DNA from: an uncultured delta proteobacterium
GTDB taxonomy: Bacteria; Myxococcota; Kuafuiibacteriia; Kuafuiibacteriales; Kuafuiibacteriaceae
DNA: 64,000 bases
Reading direction: 5' to 3'
Assembly (NCBI GenBank): GCA_963803435.1
Contig: CAWDML010000009.1
Coordinates: 128,001-192,000 of the forward strand
Below, piece after piece: positions 19,935-30,909 of this stretch. Numbering within the stretch: the first letter of the stretch is position 1; the number at the start of each line of letters is the position of its first letter. Below the pieces are notes generated by a model, which was given only the letters and a program-made list of their open reading frames with translations, was not told the DNA's origin and did not search any database. The position numbers were made by a program, and so were the translations under genes.

Positions 19935-21338
19935 GTGGCGGTCCCTCTCCTCGCCGCGCTCCTCGCCACCGGCACGGTGGCGGTCGACTACTCCGATCTC
20001 CACGTCAGCCTCACCCGACACACGCTCGAGCGCTACGTCGCCGATCTGGAGCAGGTGAAGGAGAAGAGCGTGCTCCGCGTGCTCACGCGGAACAACTCGG
20101 AGGACTACTTCATCGAGCGCGGAGAGGAGCGCGGCTTCCAGCTCGAGCTGGCCCGGGCCTTCGCGGACGAGCTCGGCGTGCGCGTGGCCTTCGTGGTCCC
20201 GCCTTCCCGCGACGATTTGATCGGCGGCCTGCTGACGGGCGAGGGGGATCTGATCGCGACCGGCATGACCGTATCGCCCGCGCGCGCGGAGAAGGTGCGG
20301 TTCACGCGCTCGGTGCTGGAGGCCCAGCGCGTGGTGGTCACGCACCCGTTGATCGTCAAGACCATCGCCACCGTGGAGGACCTCGCCGAGCTCAGGATCG
20401 CCGTCAGCTTCCGCTCCACCACCTATCGCGACGCGCTCGATCTGGAGCGTGCCACCGGGATCGAGCTCCACCTCGAGGACGTCACCGACGGCGTCGAGAT
20501 GGAGGAGATGATGCAGCGCGTGGAGGACGGCGCGTACGAGGCCACCATCGCCGACTCCAACCTCGTCGATCTGGCCCGCGCGATGGGCGTCGAGGTGGTG
20601 CCCCGGGTCGCGATCGGCGAGCCGCACGAGAAGGCCTGGGCCGTCCACCCGGCGGCGTCCGCGCTGCAGGAGGCCGCCGATGCCTTCCTCGAGCGGAGCC
20701 GCAAGAACGGTCTGATCCGGATCTTCTACGCGCGCTACTACGAGACCCGATCCAAGTGGGCGAAGAAGGCGCACGACGAGGAGCTCCGCACCGACGTGAA
20801 GGGCGTGATCTCTCCCTACGATCGGCTCTTCAAGCGCGCCGCCAAGGAGACGGGGCTCGACTGGCGGCTGCTGGCCGCCGTCGCCTACACCGAGTCGCGC
20901 TTCGACCCCAAGGCGCACAGCGTCTGGGGTGCGGTCGGCCTGATGCAGATGCTGCCGTCCACGGCCAAGGGGCTGGGCGTGAAGGGCTCGCTCGACGATC
21001 CCGCCATCAACATCCTGGCCGGCGCGCGGTACTTGAAGCGGCTGGTGTCGATCTTCGAGCAGGACGAGATCGAGAAGCGGCAGCGGATCCGCTTCGCGGT
21101 GGCGGCCTACAACGCGGGCATCGGTCACATCCTCGACGCGCGGGCGCTCGCCCGCCAGACCGGACGCGATCCCAATCGATGGTTCAAGAACGTCGAGGAT
21201 GCGCTGGCCTTGAAGACGGATCCGAAGTGGCACGAGAAGACGAGGTACGGCTACTGTCGCGCCGGCGAGACGATCGGCTATGTCAGCGCGGTCCAGTCGC
21301 GCTACGACGTCTACGCGCGGCACGTCCCGCTTGACTGA
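19935..21338 (+). CDS. mltF: membrane-bound lytic murein transglycosylase F
   Basis: SBP domain (LRVLTRNN, GFQLELA) plus SLT domain (ESRFDP, GAVGLMQ, AAYNAG). Confidence 0.92.
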   Translation: MAVPLLAALLATGTVAVDYSDLHVSLTRHTLERYVADLEQVKEKSVLRVLTRNNSEDYFIERGEERGFQLELARAFADELGVRVAFVVPPSRDDLIGGLLTGEGDLIATGMTVSPARAEKVRFTRSVLEAQRVVVTHPLIVKTIATVEDLAELRIAVSFRSTTYRDALDLERATGIELHLEDVTDGVEMEEMMQRVEDGAYEATIADSNLVDLARAMGVEVVPRVAIGEPHEKAWAVHPAASALQEAADAFLERSRKNGLIRIFYARYYETRSKWAKKAHDEELRTDVKGVISPYDRLFKRAAKETGLDWRLLAAVAYTESRFDPKAHSVWGAVGLMQMLPSTAKGLGVKGSLDDPAINILAGARYLKRLVSIFEQDEIEKRQRIRFAVAAYNAGIGHILDARALARQTGRDPNRWFKNVEDALALKTDPKWHEKTRYGYCRAGETIGYVSAVQSRYDVYARHVPLD

Positions 21339-21365
21339 GGGCGCGCGCCTCTCGACTGTCGCCCG

Positions 21366-23157
21366 GTGGTTCCCTCTCCCGAGCCGCTGATCAACCTCTT
21401 CCTGGCGCGCGCGAAGGCCGCGTCGGATCGGGTCGCCACCTACTCGAAGGTCGAGGGCCGCTGGGTGGGCACCACCTGGCGCGAGGCCCGCATCTCGGTG
21501 GAGGAGTGCGCGCTCGGTCTGGTCGAGCTGGGCGCGTCGCGCGGGACGCCGGTCGGGATCTCGAGCCACACGCGACGGGAGTGGGGGATGATGGACATGG
21601 CGACGATCGCGATCGGCGGCGTCACCATCGGGATCTATCCCACGCTCACCGGACCTCAGGCGCGGCAGCTCCTCGAGCTGTCGGGGGCGCGGATCGTCTT
21701 CGTCGACGATCGCGCACAGCGGGTGAAGCTGCAGGAGGCGTGCGCCGGGCTCGACCCTCCGCTCACGATCGTCACGATGGAGCCCCGCGCCGAGGGAGAG
21801 CGCACCCTCACGCTCGACGAGCTGCGGCGGCGCGGCGCGCGACGCCGGAAGGAGCAGCCCGAGGAGTTCCATCGCCGCGCGGGCGAGGCCAAGAGCAGCG
21901 ACGTCGTCAGCTACATCTACACCTCCGGCACCACCGGCGAGCCGAAGGGCGCGATGCTCACGCACGCCAACTTCCACTACGTCATTCACGCGACCAACGC
22001 GCTGATCCCGTACGGCGGAGAGCGCGCGCTGGTCTTCCTCCCGCTGGCCCATTCGCTCCAGCGCTATGCCAGCTACCTGGGGTTGATCGTCGACGTCGAG
22101 GGCTACTACTGCGAGAGCTTCGACAACGTCCCCGAGTACCTGCTCGAGGTGCGCCCGACGATCTTCGCGCTGGTTCCGCGGGTGCTGGAGAAGATCCACG
22201 CCCGGGCGCTGGCCGCCGGCGCCGAGGGCCCGCCGCTGAAGCGCCGCCTCTTCGATCGATCGATGTCGGTGCTCCACGACGTGGGCCGTCTCCGGCGCGA
22301 CGGCGGGGTGCCCGGGCTGCGGCAGCGCCTCTACGCCCGGGCCGCGGATCGGCTGATCGCGACGCGCGTGCGTGAGCGGATGGGCGGACGGGTCAAGTAC
22401 ATCGGATCGGGCGGCGCGCCCCTGGCCCGCGCCACCCACGAGTTCTTCGAGGACATCGGCATCCCGATCCTCGAGGGCTACGGCCTCACGGAGACCTCGG
22501 CCCCCGCGTGCATCAACACGCTCACGCATCGGCGGATCGGGACCGTCGGCAGGCCCCTCCCGGGGACCGAGATCCAGCTCGCCGGCGACGGCGAGATCCT
22601 GATCCGGGGCCCGGGCGTCTTCCAGGGGTACTTCCGGAACGAGCCCGCGACCAAGGCCTCGTTCACCGGCGACGGCTGGTTCAAGTCGGGCGACATCGGC
22701 GTGATGAGCCGCGACGGCTTCCTGATGATCACGGATCGGAAGAAGGATCTCGATCATCACCGCCGGCGGAAAGAACATCGCGCCGCAGCCGCTCGAGAAC
22801 GAGCTCAAGCGACACCCGTTCATCGGTCAGGCCGTGGTGGTGGGCGACAACCGGCCCTACCTGACCGCGCTGGTCGCGCTCGATCCCGAGGCGAAGACGC
22901 AGCTGAGCCAGCGCTACCACGTGCCCGACGACGCCGACGCCGAGGCCTTCCTCTCCGTCCCCGAGGTGCGCGCCGAGCTCGATCGGCACCTGGCGGACGT
23001 CAACCGGGACCGCGCCGGCTTCGAGCAGATCAAGAAGTTCGGCCTGCTGCCGCGGGAGATGACGATCGAGTCCGGCGAGCTCACGCCCACGCTCAAGGTG
23101 AAGCGGCGCGTGGTCAACGAGCGCTACGAGGACCGCATCGAGGCCCTCTATCGTTGA
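21366..23157 (+). CDS. long-chain fatty acid--CoA ligase (frameshift near 22750)
   Basis: YTSGTTGEPKG, EGYGLTET, GWFKSGDIG, DRKKD|IITAGGKNIAP, GELTPTLKVKR. Confidence 0.9.
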
Positions 23158-23160
23158 GGC

Positions 23161-25533
23161 TCACGGGTTCGCCGTCACGGGGATGGAGACGCCCTCGAAC
23201 CGCGTGCCTGCCAGGACGTTGACGACCTGATCCGGAGACCGGCTGAGAACAATCCCGCGCTGCTGGTCCCGGAAGGTGCCGTCGCCGAGGCGCGCCGCGC
23301 TCGATCCGAGCAGGAGACCGGACTCGGCACCTTCGAGGAGAAACCGCTCCATCGTCAGCTCCGAGACGGTCGAGGCGTCGAGGGCCGAGATCGCGTCGGG
23401 ATCGAGCTCGGCGACGGCGAGATCCTCGATGACGACCGGGACGTAGACCTCGAACGTGAGCCCGTGGCGCGCCGCGCCCGTCACCCGGGCGCGGCTCAGG
23501 GTCACCGGCGTCCCCTGGACGAGGATGCCGCGCCCGCAGGACTCGAGGCTGAGGTCGGTGAGATCGAGCTCGGCGGCTGTCCCCAATCCGAGGCAGTTCG
23601 ACGCCGAGCCGCGGATCGCGATCCGCGATCCGGTCAGGCATGAGGCCGAGCCCCCGATGTCGACGGAGGAGGAGAGGTCATCGGCGATCGCGGGAGTCCC
23701 GTCGACGGTCAGGTCGAACGCCACCACGCGGGCGCCCCGATCGAAGAGCGCGGACGTGAACCCGGCGATGTGGGCCCTCCGGAACACCACCTGGCCGCCG
23801 CCGTCCAGATAGACCGCGTGGGGCGCCGCGGGCTGGGCCGCGCGGCAGCTCAGGTCGGTGAGCTCGGCGTTGGCACGACCGCCCACCGCCACGCACAGGG
23901 CTGAATTGGGGAGGGACGCCACCGACGCCCTCTCCAGCTGAAAGGACGACGCGTCCCCGACCGAGAAGGCCACGCTGTTGGGGGCGCCTCCGAGCGGGGG
24001 AGGACCCACCTCGACGAGGGCGTCGGTCACCGAGACCCTCGAGCGGCCGGCGGCGATCCCGGTGGCGGCCGAGCCGAGGATGACGATGCGGTCGACGGAG
24101 AGCGTCGACGAGAGCGCGCGGACGCCGGCGCCGCCGCTCGTAGGATCGCGCACCGTCACGTCCGCGAGGGAGACCGAGCTCGAGTCGACGCGCAGCGCAG
24201 GCATGCCGTCGCCCGCGATGGTCACATCCTCGGCCCTGACCTGCGAGTGCACGAGGTTGAGCCCGACGATCTGATCGATCGGGCCGAATGCGAGATCCGC
24301 GCCAGCACGGCGCGTGAGAGCTCGAGGAGGATCGGGCCCTCGCTCGCGACCCGCGACATCGAGATCGTCGAGGTCCGCAACTCCGCGCCCGCGGCGAGCC
24401 TCGTGTCCGTGAGTGTGAGGTCCGAGACGTCCACGGAGAGCGCACCCGTGATCACGCTGCGCTCGATCACGACGCGTCCAGTGGCGCCCACGTCGCTCGC
24501 GACCAGCGAGCGATGGATCGAGACCTCGTCGACGTCTTCGAGCGGGACGGACAGAACCACGTCGGCGGAGATCGAGCGACGACGAGGGCGGGAGGCGGCC
24601 CTCGATCGTGAGGTTCGCCAGGTTCGCGCGCTCGGCGCTCGCGCTCAAGGCCAGCGTCGTGCCGGAGGCGCAGCGCCCGAGCACCCGAACGTCCCGGAGC
24701 GGGAGCGCCATCGCGTGCGCGCCCGGCTCGAGCGCGATCGTCCGGGACGGGTGTCCGACCGGATCCGCGTCGACGTCCATCAGCGCCTGGTCGGCGGCGC
24801 CCGGCTCGGGATCGACGATGACGGTGTCGGGCGGGAGATCCGGCGGCCAGCCGTCGCAGGGGGTCCCGGGGACGCGGCAGCCCTCGGCGTCGTCGAGGAA
24901 GTCGGCTTCGCCGGGCGCGCAGGCCGCTCCCGTCGCGAGGCCGCAGACGGCCCGACCCGCCACGTCCTCGACCGGTCCGAGGCAGCCCGCGGTGGACACC
25001 TCGAACGGCGCCGCCGGAAGGGTCGGCTGCTCCGGCGGCGCGGGATCGATCGGCATGCACGCACCGCACACGAAGCGCGCGGGATCGCCGGGCGGTGCGA
25101 CCGCGCAGCGCCCGCCCAGGAGGCAGACGTTCCAGCGCGACAGCGGCGTGAGGAGCTGACCGGTGTCGGGCGGATTGTCGAGGGCCTCGACGGCGACCTC
25201 ACCTTCGCGATGGACGATGCGCGCGCCGCCCGACGCGTGCGGCAGAGGAGTTCCGCGATCCGCCAGCTCGACCTCGCCCTCGACGAGCAGCAGCTCGCTG
25301 AGCGATCGACGGAAGTAGAAGAGCGCCACCGGCTCGTCGGCGACGCTCAGCGGCAGGCCCTCGGAGTCGAACGCTGCGCGGCCGAGGGCGAAGAACCGTC
25401 GCGCACCCTCGGGCGGTCCGACCGCCACCAGGATCGTCGCAGTGTCGTCCGGGAGCTCGATCCGGAGGCGCTCGGCGGGAACGCACGCCGCCGCCAGACA
25501 GAACGGGAGCACCCGACGCACAAAAAAAAGCAT
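23161..25533 (-). CDS. large lipoprotein with right-handed beta-helix repeats (frameshifts near 24290-24580)
   Basis: LAAAC lipobox, Cys/Pro linker, beta-helix-like repeats; paralog of 35523-37607. Confidence 0.65.
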   Translation of the reverse strand: MLFFVRRVLPFCLAAACVPAERLRIELPDDTATILVAVGPPEGARRFFALGRAAFDSEGLPLSVADEPVALFYFRRSLSELLLVEGEVELADRGTPLPHASGGARIVHREGEVAVEALDNPPDTGQLLTPLSRWNVCLLGGRCAVAPPGDPARFVCGACMPIDPAPPEQPTLPAAPFEVSTAGCLGPVEDVAGRAVCGLATGAACAPGEADFLDDAEGCRVPGTPCDGWPPDLPPDTVIVDPEPGAADQALMDVDADPVGHPSRTIALEPGAHAMALPLRDVRVLGRCASGTTLALSASAERANLANLTIEGRLPPSSSLDLRRRGSVRPARRRRRGLDPSLAGRERRGRHWTRRDRAQRDHGCALRGRLGPHTHGHEARRGRGVADLDDLDVAGRERGPDPPRALTRRAGADLAFGPIDQIVGLNLVHSQVRAEDVTIAGDGMPALRVDSSSVSLADVTVRDPTSGGAGVRALSSTLSVDRIVILGSAATGIAAGRSRVSVTDALVEVGPPPLGGAPNSVAFSVGDASSFQLERASVASLPNSALCVAVGGRANAELTDLSCRAAQPAAPHAVYLDGGGQVVFRRAHIAGFTSALFDRGARVVAFDLTVDGTPAIADDLSSSVDIGGSASCLTGSRIAIRGSASNCLGLGTAAELDLTDLSLESCGRGILVQGTPVTLSRARVTGAARHGLTFEVYVPVVIEDLAVAELDPDAISALDASTVSELTMERFLLEGAESGLLLGSSAARLGDGTFRDQQRGIVLSRSPDQVVNVLAGTRFEGVSIPVTANP

Positions 25534-25568
25534 ACCGCCGCGCTGAACTTTCTTGATACGGAGCCACC

Positions 25569-27416
25569 GTGCTCGGCGCCGTGGTCCTGCTCCTGGTCTA
25601 TGGCATCGCCGTCCTGCTCGCCCGGGCGCTCCTCTATCAGGCGGGTGAGCCGCGCTGGTCGATCACCCTTGCGCTCGCCACCATGATCCAGGTCGCGATC
25701 ACGGTCTCGATCGAGCGCTTCACCGCGAACATGGTGCTCGCGACGCTCCTCTTCGCGGGCATCGCGCTCTGTGGGATCGCTTGGCTCTGGCGGAGAGGCC
25801 CCGCCTACCCGCCGCTCGCCGTCGATCACCGGCCCTCGCGCCTGGCGCTCGCGCTCGCGGCCCTGGCGCTGTTCATGGTCTGCTTCGCCGCCCTGCGCGG
25901 CTTCTGGTGGGACGAGGCCTTCCTCCACTTCATGCTCGCCAACACGATCGGCCGAGGGGTGGTACCGCCCGTGCATCCGCTCTACCCGCTGGAGCCGATG
26001 CGCTACCACTACGCGTACGACTTTCTCGCCGGGCAGATCCGCGCGTTCACCGGCCTCAGCATCGTCCACGCCCTCGACATCGTCACCATCTGGTCCTTCG
26101 TGCTGCTGCTGATGAACGCAGCCGCGATCGGCGGCGCGCTGGCGGGCCGGACCGGCGCCGGGCTCGCGATGATCCTGATCCCGTTCGGCACGGGGCTGCT
26201 CAGGTACTTCCTCTTCCGCGACTTCGGATCGATGGAGCTCCACTGGTCGATGATCCCGGACGCCTGGCTCGATCCGCTCCCCCCGCCGACCATCTCGAAC
26301 TTCTTCCAGCACCCCCAGGGCCTGGGGATGCCGATCGCGCTGGCGGTCCTGGTGCTCTTCGACGGTGCCGAGGTCTCGCGCCGGCAGCGCCTCGCCCGCA
26401 TGTCCACCGGCGCGCTCTTGCTCGGCTTTCTCTCGGTGGCGCAGGTGGCCTTCTTCCTGGTGCTCGGCGCCATGCTCGGTCTGGCCGTCGTCTGGCGTGC
26501 CGTGCGCGAGCGCGCGATGAAGCAGGGCCTGATCGAGCTCGGCCTGCTCGCCGGCGCGCTCGGGGTCGCGTTCCTCCTCGGCGGCGTGTTCGAGCCGGGC
26601 GGCGCGCAGGAGCAGATGCTCGCCTTCGGCCAGAGCTTCTTCCCCGATCCGGTCGGCCGGCGGATCCTCCGCTATCTGGTCCTGTTCGGCGTTCCGCTCT
26701 TGGCGCTCCCGTTCGCGTACGCGAAGCTGCGCAGCCGCCCCAGCATGCTCCGCGTGGCGCTCCTCGGCGGCGCGGTGATCGGCTATTTGCTCCCGAACTT
26801 CGTCATCTACGAGCGGAGCTGGGACGTCGTGAAGTTCCTCGGCATTGCCACCTTCTTCGCGAGCGCGCTCGTCGCCGATCTCCTCTCGCGCGCCCGACCG
26901 ATCACGATCGCCGTGCTGGGCCTCGCCACCACGGCGACCGGCTGGGCGTTCCTCGCCCGCATGAGCGTGATGGACGGGCAGCTCGGCGTGCCCGCCATGC
27001 ACTTCGGGCGCCACCACCCGATCGACGACCTCGTCGCCGATCGGCTCTCCCCGCTCGTGGGACCGCGGGAGCGCGTGCTCTCCCTGTTCGAGGGGACCGC
27101 GCAAGGCGGGGGCTTTCTCACCCCGGGCTTTCGCTGGCAGACGCACGGCGCGACGTACATGATGGATCGCGCGGCGCTCGATCGGCTGACCCGGGCCCAG
27201 CTGCGGGCTGCCCGCGATCTCGACCCGGAGTCGCTGGCCGAGCTCGACGTGAGGTACGCGGTGTTTCGTCCGATCGACGTGGCCCGCCTCTCTCCCGCCG
27301 GTAAGCGCGCCCTTCAGGATCCCGAGCGCTTCGAGCACCTCTTCGACGTCGAGCTGCGCGGGGAACGCCGTCACGTGTACCGGATCGTCTTGACTGGGAA
27401 GGCGGTCGAGCATTGA
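25569..27416 (+). CDS. polytopic membrane protein, GT-C glycosyltransferase-like
   Basis: Many TM helices; WDE..H in first loop; P...PLY....RYHY.YD. Confidence 0.65.
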   Translation: MLGAVVLLLVYGIAVLLARALLYQAGEPRWSITLALATMIQVAITVSIERFTANMVLATLLFAGIALCGIAWLWRRGPAYPPLAVDHRPSRLALALAALALFMVCFAALRGFWWDEAFLHFMLANTIGRGVVPPVHPLYPLEPMRYHYAYDFLAGQIRAFTGLSIVHALDIVTIWSFVLLLMNAAAIGGALAGRTGAGLAMILIPFGTGLLRYFLFRDFGSMELHWSMIPDAWLDPLPPPTISNFFQHPQGLGMPIALAVLVLFDGAEVSRRQRLARMSTGALLLGFLSVAQVAFFLVLGAMLGLAVVWRAVRERAMKQGLIELGLLAGALGVAFLLGGVFEPGGAQEQMLAFGQSFFPDPVGRRILRYLVLFGVPLLALPFAYAKLRSRPSMLRVALLGGAVIGYLLPNFVIYERSWDVVKFLGIATFFASALVADLLSRARPITIAVLGLATTATGWAFLARMSVMDGQLGVPAMHFGRHHPIDDLVADRLSPLVGPRERVLSLFEGTAQGGGFLTPGFRWQTHGATYMMDRAALDRLTRAQLRAARDLDPESLAELDVRYAVFRPIDVARLSPAGKRALQDPERFEHLFDVELRGERRHVYRIVLTGKAVEH

Positions 27417-27425
27417 GTCGGGCCG

Positions 27426-28208
27426 TTGGAGCTGGGTGAGATCGTCGGCGCACCCTGGTCGCGCGAAGCGTACGTCGAGCGTGTCCGATCGGTGGTCGAT
27501 CGCTACGAACGTCTCTTGCGTCTCGCGGACCACCCGCGGGACGGCGCGCTCCTGATCCACCTCCTCATGGCGCACCCCGGCGCGCTCCGGGAGAGCGCAG
27601 CCCTGGAGCGCCCCGAGATCAATCGACGGCTCGCGGAGGCCCGGACCGAGCTCGAGAACGTGCGCGCCGCCGCCCCGCTGCCCGCGCCGATGGGACGGCT
27701 CGATCGCACCCGCGTGCTGGCGCTCGCCGACTTCGAGCACGCGGTCCGCGAGCTTCGCAGCGCTCGCCGCCGCCGGCGGCCCGGCCTCCCTCGTCCCTCG
27801 GAGACGCTGCGCACCGTCGCCCAGGCCGTAGCGGTGCGCCACGGCGTGCCGGACTTCTTCGAGCACCTGTTCCCGAAGCGGAGCGCGCGCGCGCGGGTGC
27901 GCGTTGCCCGCGCCGACGAGATCGCCGAGGGGCAAGCCGTGCGCGTGGAGGCGTTCGGCCGCATCATCGCGGTCTTCCGCGATCGCGGCGAGCTCCTCGC
28001 GATCGATGACAGCTGCCCGCACCGCGGCGGTCCGCTCGGCATGGGTACCGTCGCCGGGGGCGCCGTCACGTGTCCGCTCCACGCGTGGACTTTCGATCTA
28101 CGGAGTGGAGAGATGCGCGGGAATCCGAACCTCTGCATCCGCACCCATGCGCTGGCGATCGAGGCGGGCGAGGTCTTCCTGATCGCCCCGGGGGAGAACG
28201 TGCGGTGA
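27426..28208 (+). CDS. Rieske [2Fe-2S] ferredoxin with N-terminal helical domain
   Basis: CPHRGGPL...CPLHAWTFD Rieske motifs in the last ~100 aa. Confidence 0.85.
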   Translation: MELGEIVGAPWSREAYVERVRSVVDRYERLLRLADHPRDGALLIHLLMAHPGALRESAALERPEINRRLAEARTELENVRAAAPLPAPMGRLDRTRVLALADFEHAVRELRSARRRRRPGLPRPSETLRTVAQAVAVRHGVPDFFEHLFPKRSARARVRVARADEIAEGQAVRVEAFGRIIAVFRDRGELLAIDDSCPHRGGPLGMGTVAGGAVTCPLHAWTFDLRSGEMRGNPNLCIRTHALAIEAGEVFLIAPGENVR

Positions 28209-29965
28209 CGGAGATCGCGACGGCGCTCGCTGTGCTGTCGCTGTTTGCGGGTCCGGCCGCACGAGACTGGCGGCCCCGCGAGCTCGTCGTCGCACCCCAG
28301 CGGATCGATCGCTACCCGGAGCTCCAGCGGCTCGCCTTTCGCTATCTCGGGCGGCCGTACTCCATGGGCGGCGTGGGGAGCCCGGCGTTCGACTGCTCGG
28401 GCTTCGTCTGCCGGGTCTACGCCGAGGCGGGCTATCCGCTCCCGCGCGTTTCGCGCGATCAGGTCCGCGCCGGCGCGCCGGTCGATCTCGAAGCGCTGCT
28501 CCCGGGCGACCTCCTCTTCTTCGCGGATCCGGGCCGTCCGATCTCGCACGTCGGGATCTATCTCGGTGGCGGCGAGATGGTGCACGCCTCCTCCACGCAT
28601 GGAGAGGTCACCGTGAGTGATCTGGGCGCGCGCTGGTTTCGCCAGCGGCTGGTGGCGGCGCGACGCGTCCTGACCAGCACCGCGGGTGCTACGCCGGGCC
28701 CGGCCTTCGCCGAGGTCGAGCCGCGAGAGCTGGTCGAGCACGACGATTCGCCCTTGCTGCCGATGCTGCGCCGCCCGCCGCGCCGGCCGCCGCCCTCGTT
28801 CGGGCCCGAGCTGACGGGCGAGGGTGAGACCTCGATCGGGCTTCGCAGCGCGCTTCTCACCGAGCGCGGCGTGCTCGGCGTGACGCTGGTGCCGGAGGGG
28901 ACGCTGGCGCTCGACTCGATCGCGCTCGCGATCTCGCTGGCCGTGCCGATCCGATTCGAGCTGAAGGAGACGCCGTCCGTGGGGACGTTCCACCACCCGG
29001 GCGACTACGCGCGCTTTCTCCGCAGCGCCTCGCTGGGGCTCCCGGGCGCCGACCTCGAGCTGTCGTTCTCACGGCTGGGCGACTATCGGCTCGCCGGAGG
29101 CTTCCTGGTGCGACGCCTCGCGCCCGGCAGTCAGGCGGGCGGCATCGCCGGGCTCTCGGTCGAGACCAGCCCGCTCACCTTCTACGGCGCGGTGCGGACG
29201 GACGTGGTGCGGCTCGAGGGGTTGATCGACGATGTCTTCGCCCCCGCGATCACGGGCGCCGGTGCGGTGGTGCCGCTCTTGGACCGGCTCGAGCTGGGCG
29301 CGGCCTACGTCACCGATCAGAAGGCGGGCGCGCCCGATCGGCGGCGCGCGATGAACGGCGTGGAGGCCGATCTGAAGGTCCGCGCGCTCGACCGGACGGA
29401 CGTGTCCCTCGACGTCTCCCTGGCCGGCGCCGGCGTGGAGGCGCTGGCCGCGTTCGGCTTTGGCGGAACCCTCTCCGTCGACGGCGAGTACCGCTTCGGC
29501 GCGTACGACTCGGCGATCGGCCTGGTGGCCCGGGGCGGATGGCTCGGACCCGGGATGCTCTCCGAGCTGTTCGGACCCACCTATCCGGCGGATCGCGCCG
29601 CCCACCTGGAGGCGCTGGCGCGCGTTCGCGGCCGGCCGGTGGTCGGCGGGGAGCTCACGCTGCGCCTCGGTCGAGTGACGGTCGGCGGAGTGTTCGAGTC
29701 CGGGGTCGGACCACACCGGGATGCGCTCGATCAGATCGTCGAGGCGCTGGTGGAGGTCCAGGGTCTCCGGCTCGGCGGTACGCATTTCCTCGACCTGCGC
29801 GGGGCCTACGCCTCCCGGTCCCTCTTTCGCGACGAGCCGCGCGTCGACGTGCTCTTCGGCTCGGTTCGACTTCGCTATGCCTCCTGGCTGTTCTTCGAGC
29901 TCTACCTCAAGGAGGCTGGAACCCTCGAGGGTGGCGGCGGTGTCACAATCACGTGGATTCCGTGA
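28205..29965 (+). CDS. NlpC/P60 (C40) peptidase fused to putative outer-membrane beta-barrel
   Basis: YLGRPYSMGG, FDCSGF, PGDLLFF, SHVGIY, MVHAS; C-terminal amphipathic strands; GTGA overlap with the Rieske gene. Confidence 0.82.
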   Translation: MTEIATALAVLSLFAGPAARDWRPRELVVAPQRIDRYPELQRLAFRYLGRPYSMGGVGSPAFDCSGFVCRVYAEAGYPLPRVSRDQVRAGAPVDLEALLPGDLLFFADPGRPISHVGIYLGGGEMVHASSTHGEVTVSDLGARWFRQRLVAARRVLTSTAGATPGPAFAEVEPRELVEHDDSPLLPMLRRPPRRPPPSFGPELTGEGETSIGLRSALLTERGVLGVTLVPEGTLALDSIALAISLAVPIRFELKETPSVGTFHHPGDYARFLRSASLGLPGADLELSFSRLGDYRLAGGFLVRRLAPGSQAGGIAGLSVETSPLTFYGAVRTDVVRLEGLIDDVFAPAITGAGAVVPLLDRLELGAAYVTDQKAGAPDRRRAMNGVEADLKVRALDRTDVSLDVSLAGAGVEALAAFGFGGTLSVDGEYRFGAYDSAIGLVARGGWLGPGMLSELFGPTYPADRAAHLEALARVRGRPVVGGELTLRLGRVTVGGVFESGVGPHRDALDQIVEALVEVQGLRLGGTHFLDLRGAYASRSLFRDEPRVDVLFGSVRLRYASWLFFELYLKEAGTLEGGGGVTITWIP

Positions 29966-30003
29966 GGTTGCGAGACAGGTGCCCGAATGCCAGCATCGGC
30001 CGG

Positions 30004-30909
30004 ATGGTGAGGGTGGGGAAGTGCCTGCTCCTGGTCCTGTTGCTCGCCGGCCTCGCCGGCTGCGAGGGGAAGCTCGATGAGAAGCGTTTCCGGCGGCGCG
30101 CCGAGAAAGCGTACATGGAGGTCCACCCCGGCTGGACGATCATCAAGCGGGACATCGGCGACACCACCTTCGTGCGCGGTGATCAGCTCGACGGCCTCGA
30201 CGTGAAGAAGCTGTTCGCCGAGTACCAGGCGAGCAAGCAGACCCCGAGCGACTTCTTCGACGCGTGGACGGCCGAGCAGAAGCGCATCGCGGAGTCGCGC
30301 AAGCGGACGCTCGGGCAGGCCAAGAGCGACGTCATTCCGATCATCAAGAGCGGCTCCTGGATCAACGTCCAGGACCTGGGCGCGATCGGTCCGGAGCGGA
30401 TGCGCGATCAGATTCGACCATGGCGCAAGAAGATCGCCGACGACGTCTTCGTGGTGCTGGGGGTCCCGGAGGAGAAGCTCGGCTACCGCTTCGCCTCCAT
30501 CTCCGAGGTCTCCGAGTCGAAGGACGGGGAGAAGACGTGGCTCGATCAGGCCGTCGCCAACGTGGTGATGAAGGCCGGCACGAGCACCGGCGCGGTCGCC
30601 ACCAACGGCAACGACGGCCGGCTCCTGGCCCTCGACTTCGCCAACGTCGACGGTGTCTCCGCGCTGATCCTCGATGCCCGCTTTCGGCAGAGCATGCTCG
30701 CCCGCTTCAACCTGACCGATCTGGGCGCGGCCGTCCCGATCCGGAACGTGCTGATCGTGTTCGACCCCAAGGACTTCATCACGATCAAGCCGATCGCAGC
30801 ACGCGCGCACATGCTGTACGACACCCAGAACCACCCCGGCTTCCGGGGTCTGCTCCGGTTCGATCGGGACAGCATCACCGTCCTGCAGCCGGCGAAGCCG
30901 ACGAAGTGA
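30004..30909 (+). CDS. lipoprotein, DUF1444-like
   Basis: LAGC lipobox; VIPIIK, LDQAVAN, SALIL, AVPIRNVLIVF pattern. Confidence 0.6.
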   Translation: MVRVGKCLLLVLLLAGLAGCEGKLDEKRFRRRAEKAYMEVHPGWTIIKRDIGDTTFVRGDQLDGLDVKKLFAEYQASKQTPSDFFDAWTAEQKRIAESRKRTLGQAKSDVIPIIKSGSWINVQDLGAIGPERMRDQIRPWRKKIADDVFVVLGVPEEKLGYRFASISEVSESKDGEKTWLDQAVANVVMKAGTSTGAVATNGNDGRLLALDFANVDGVSALILDARFRQSMLARFNLTDLGAAVPIRNVLIVFDPKDFITIKPIAARAHMLYDTQNHPGFRGLLRFDRDSITVLQPAKPTK

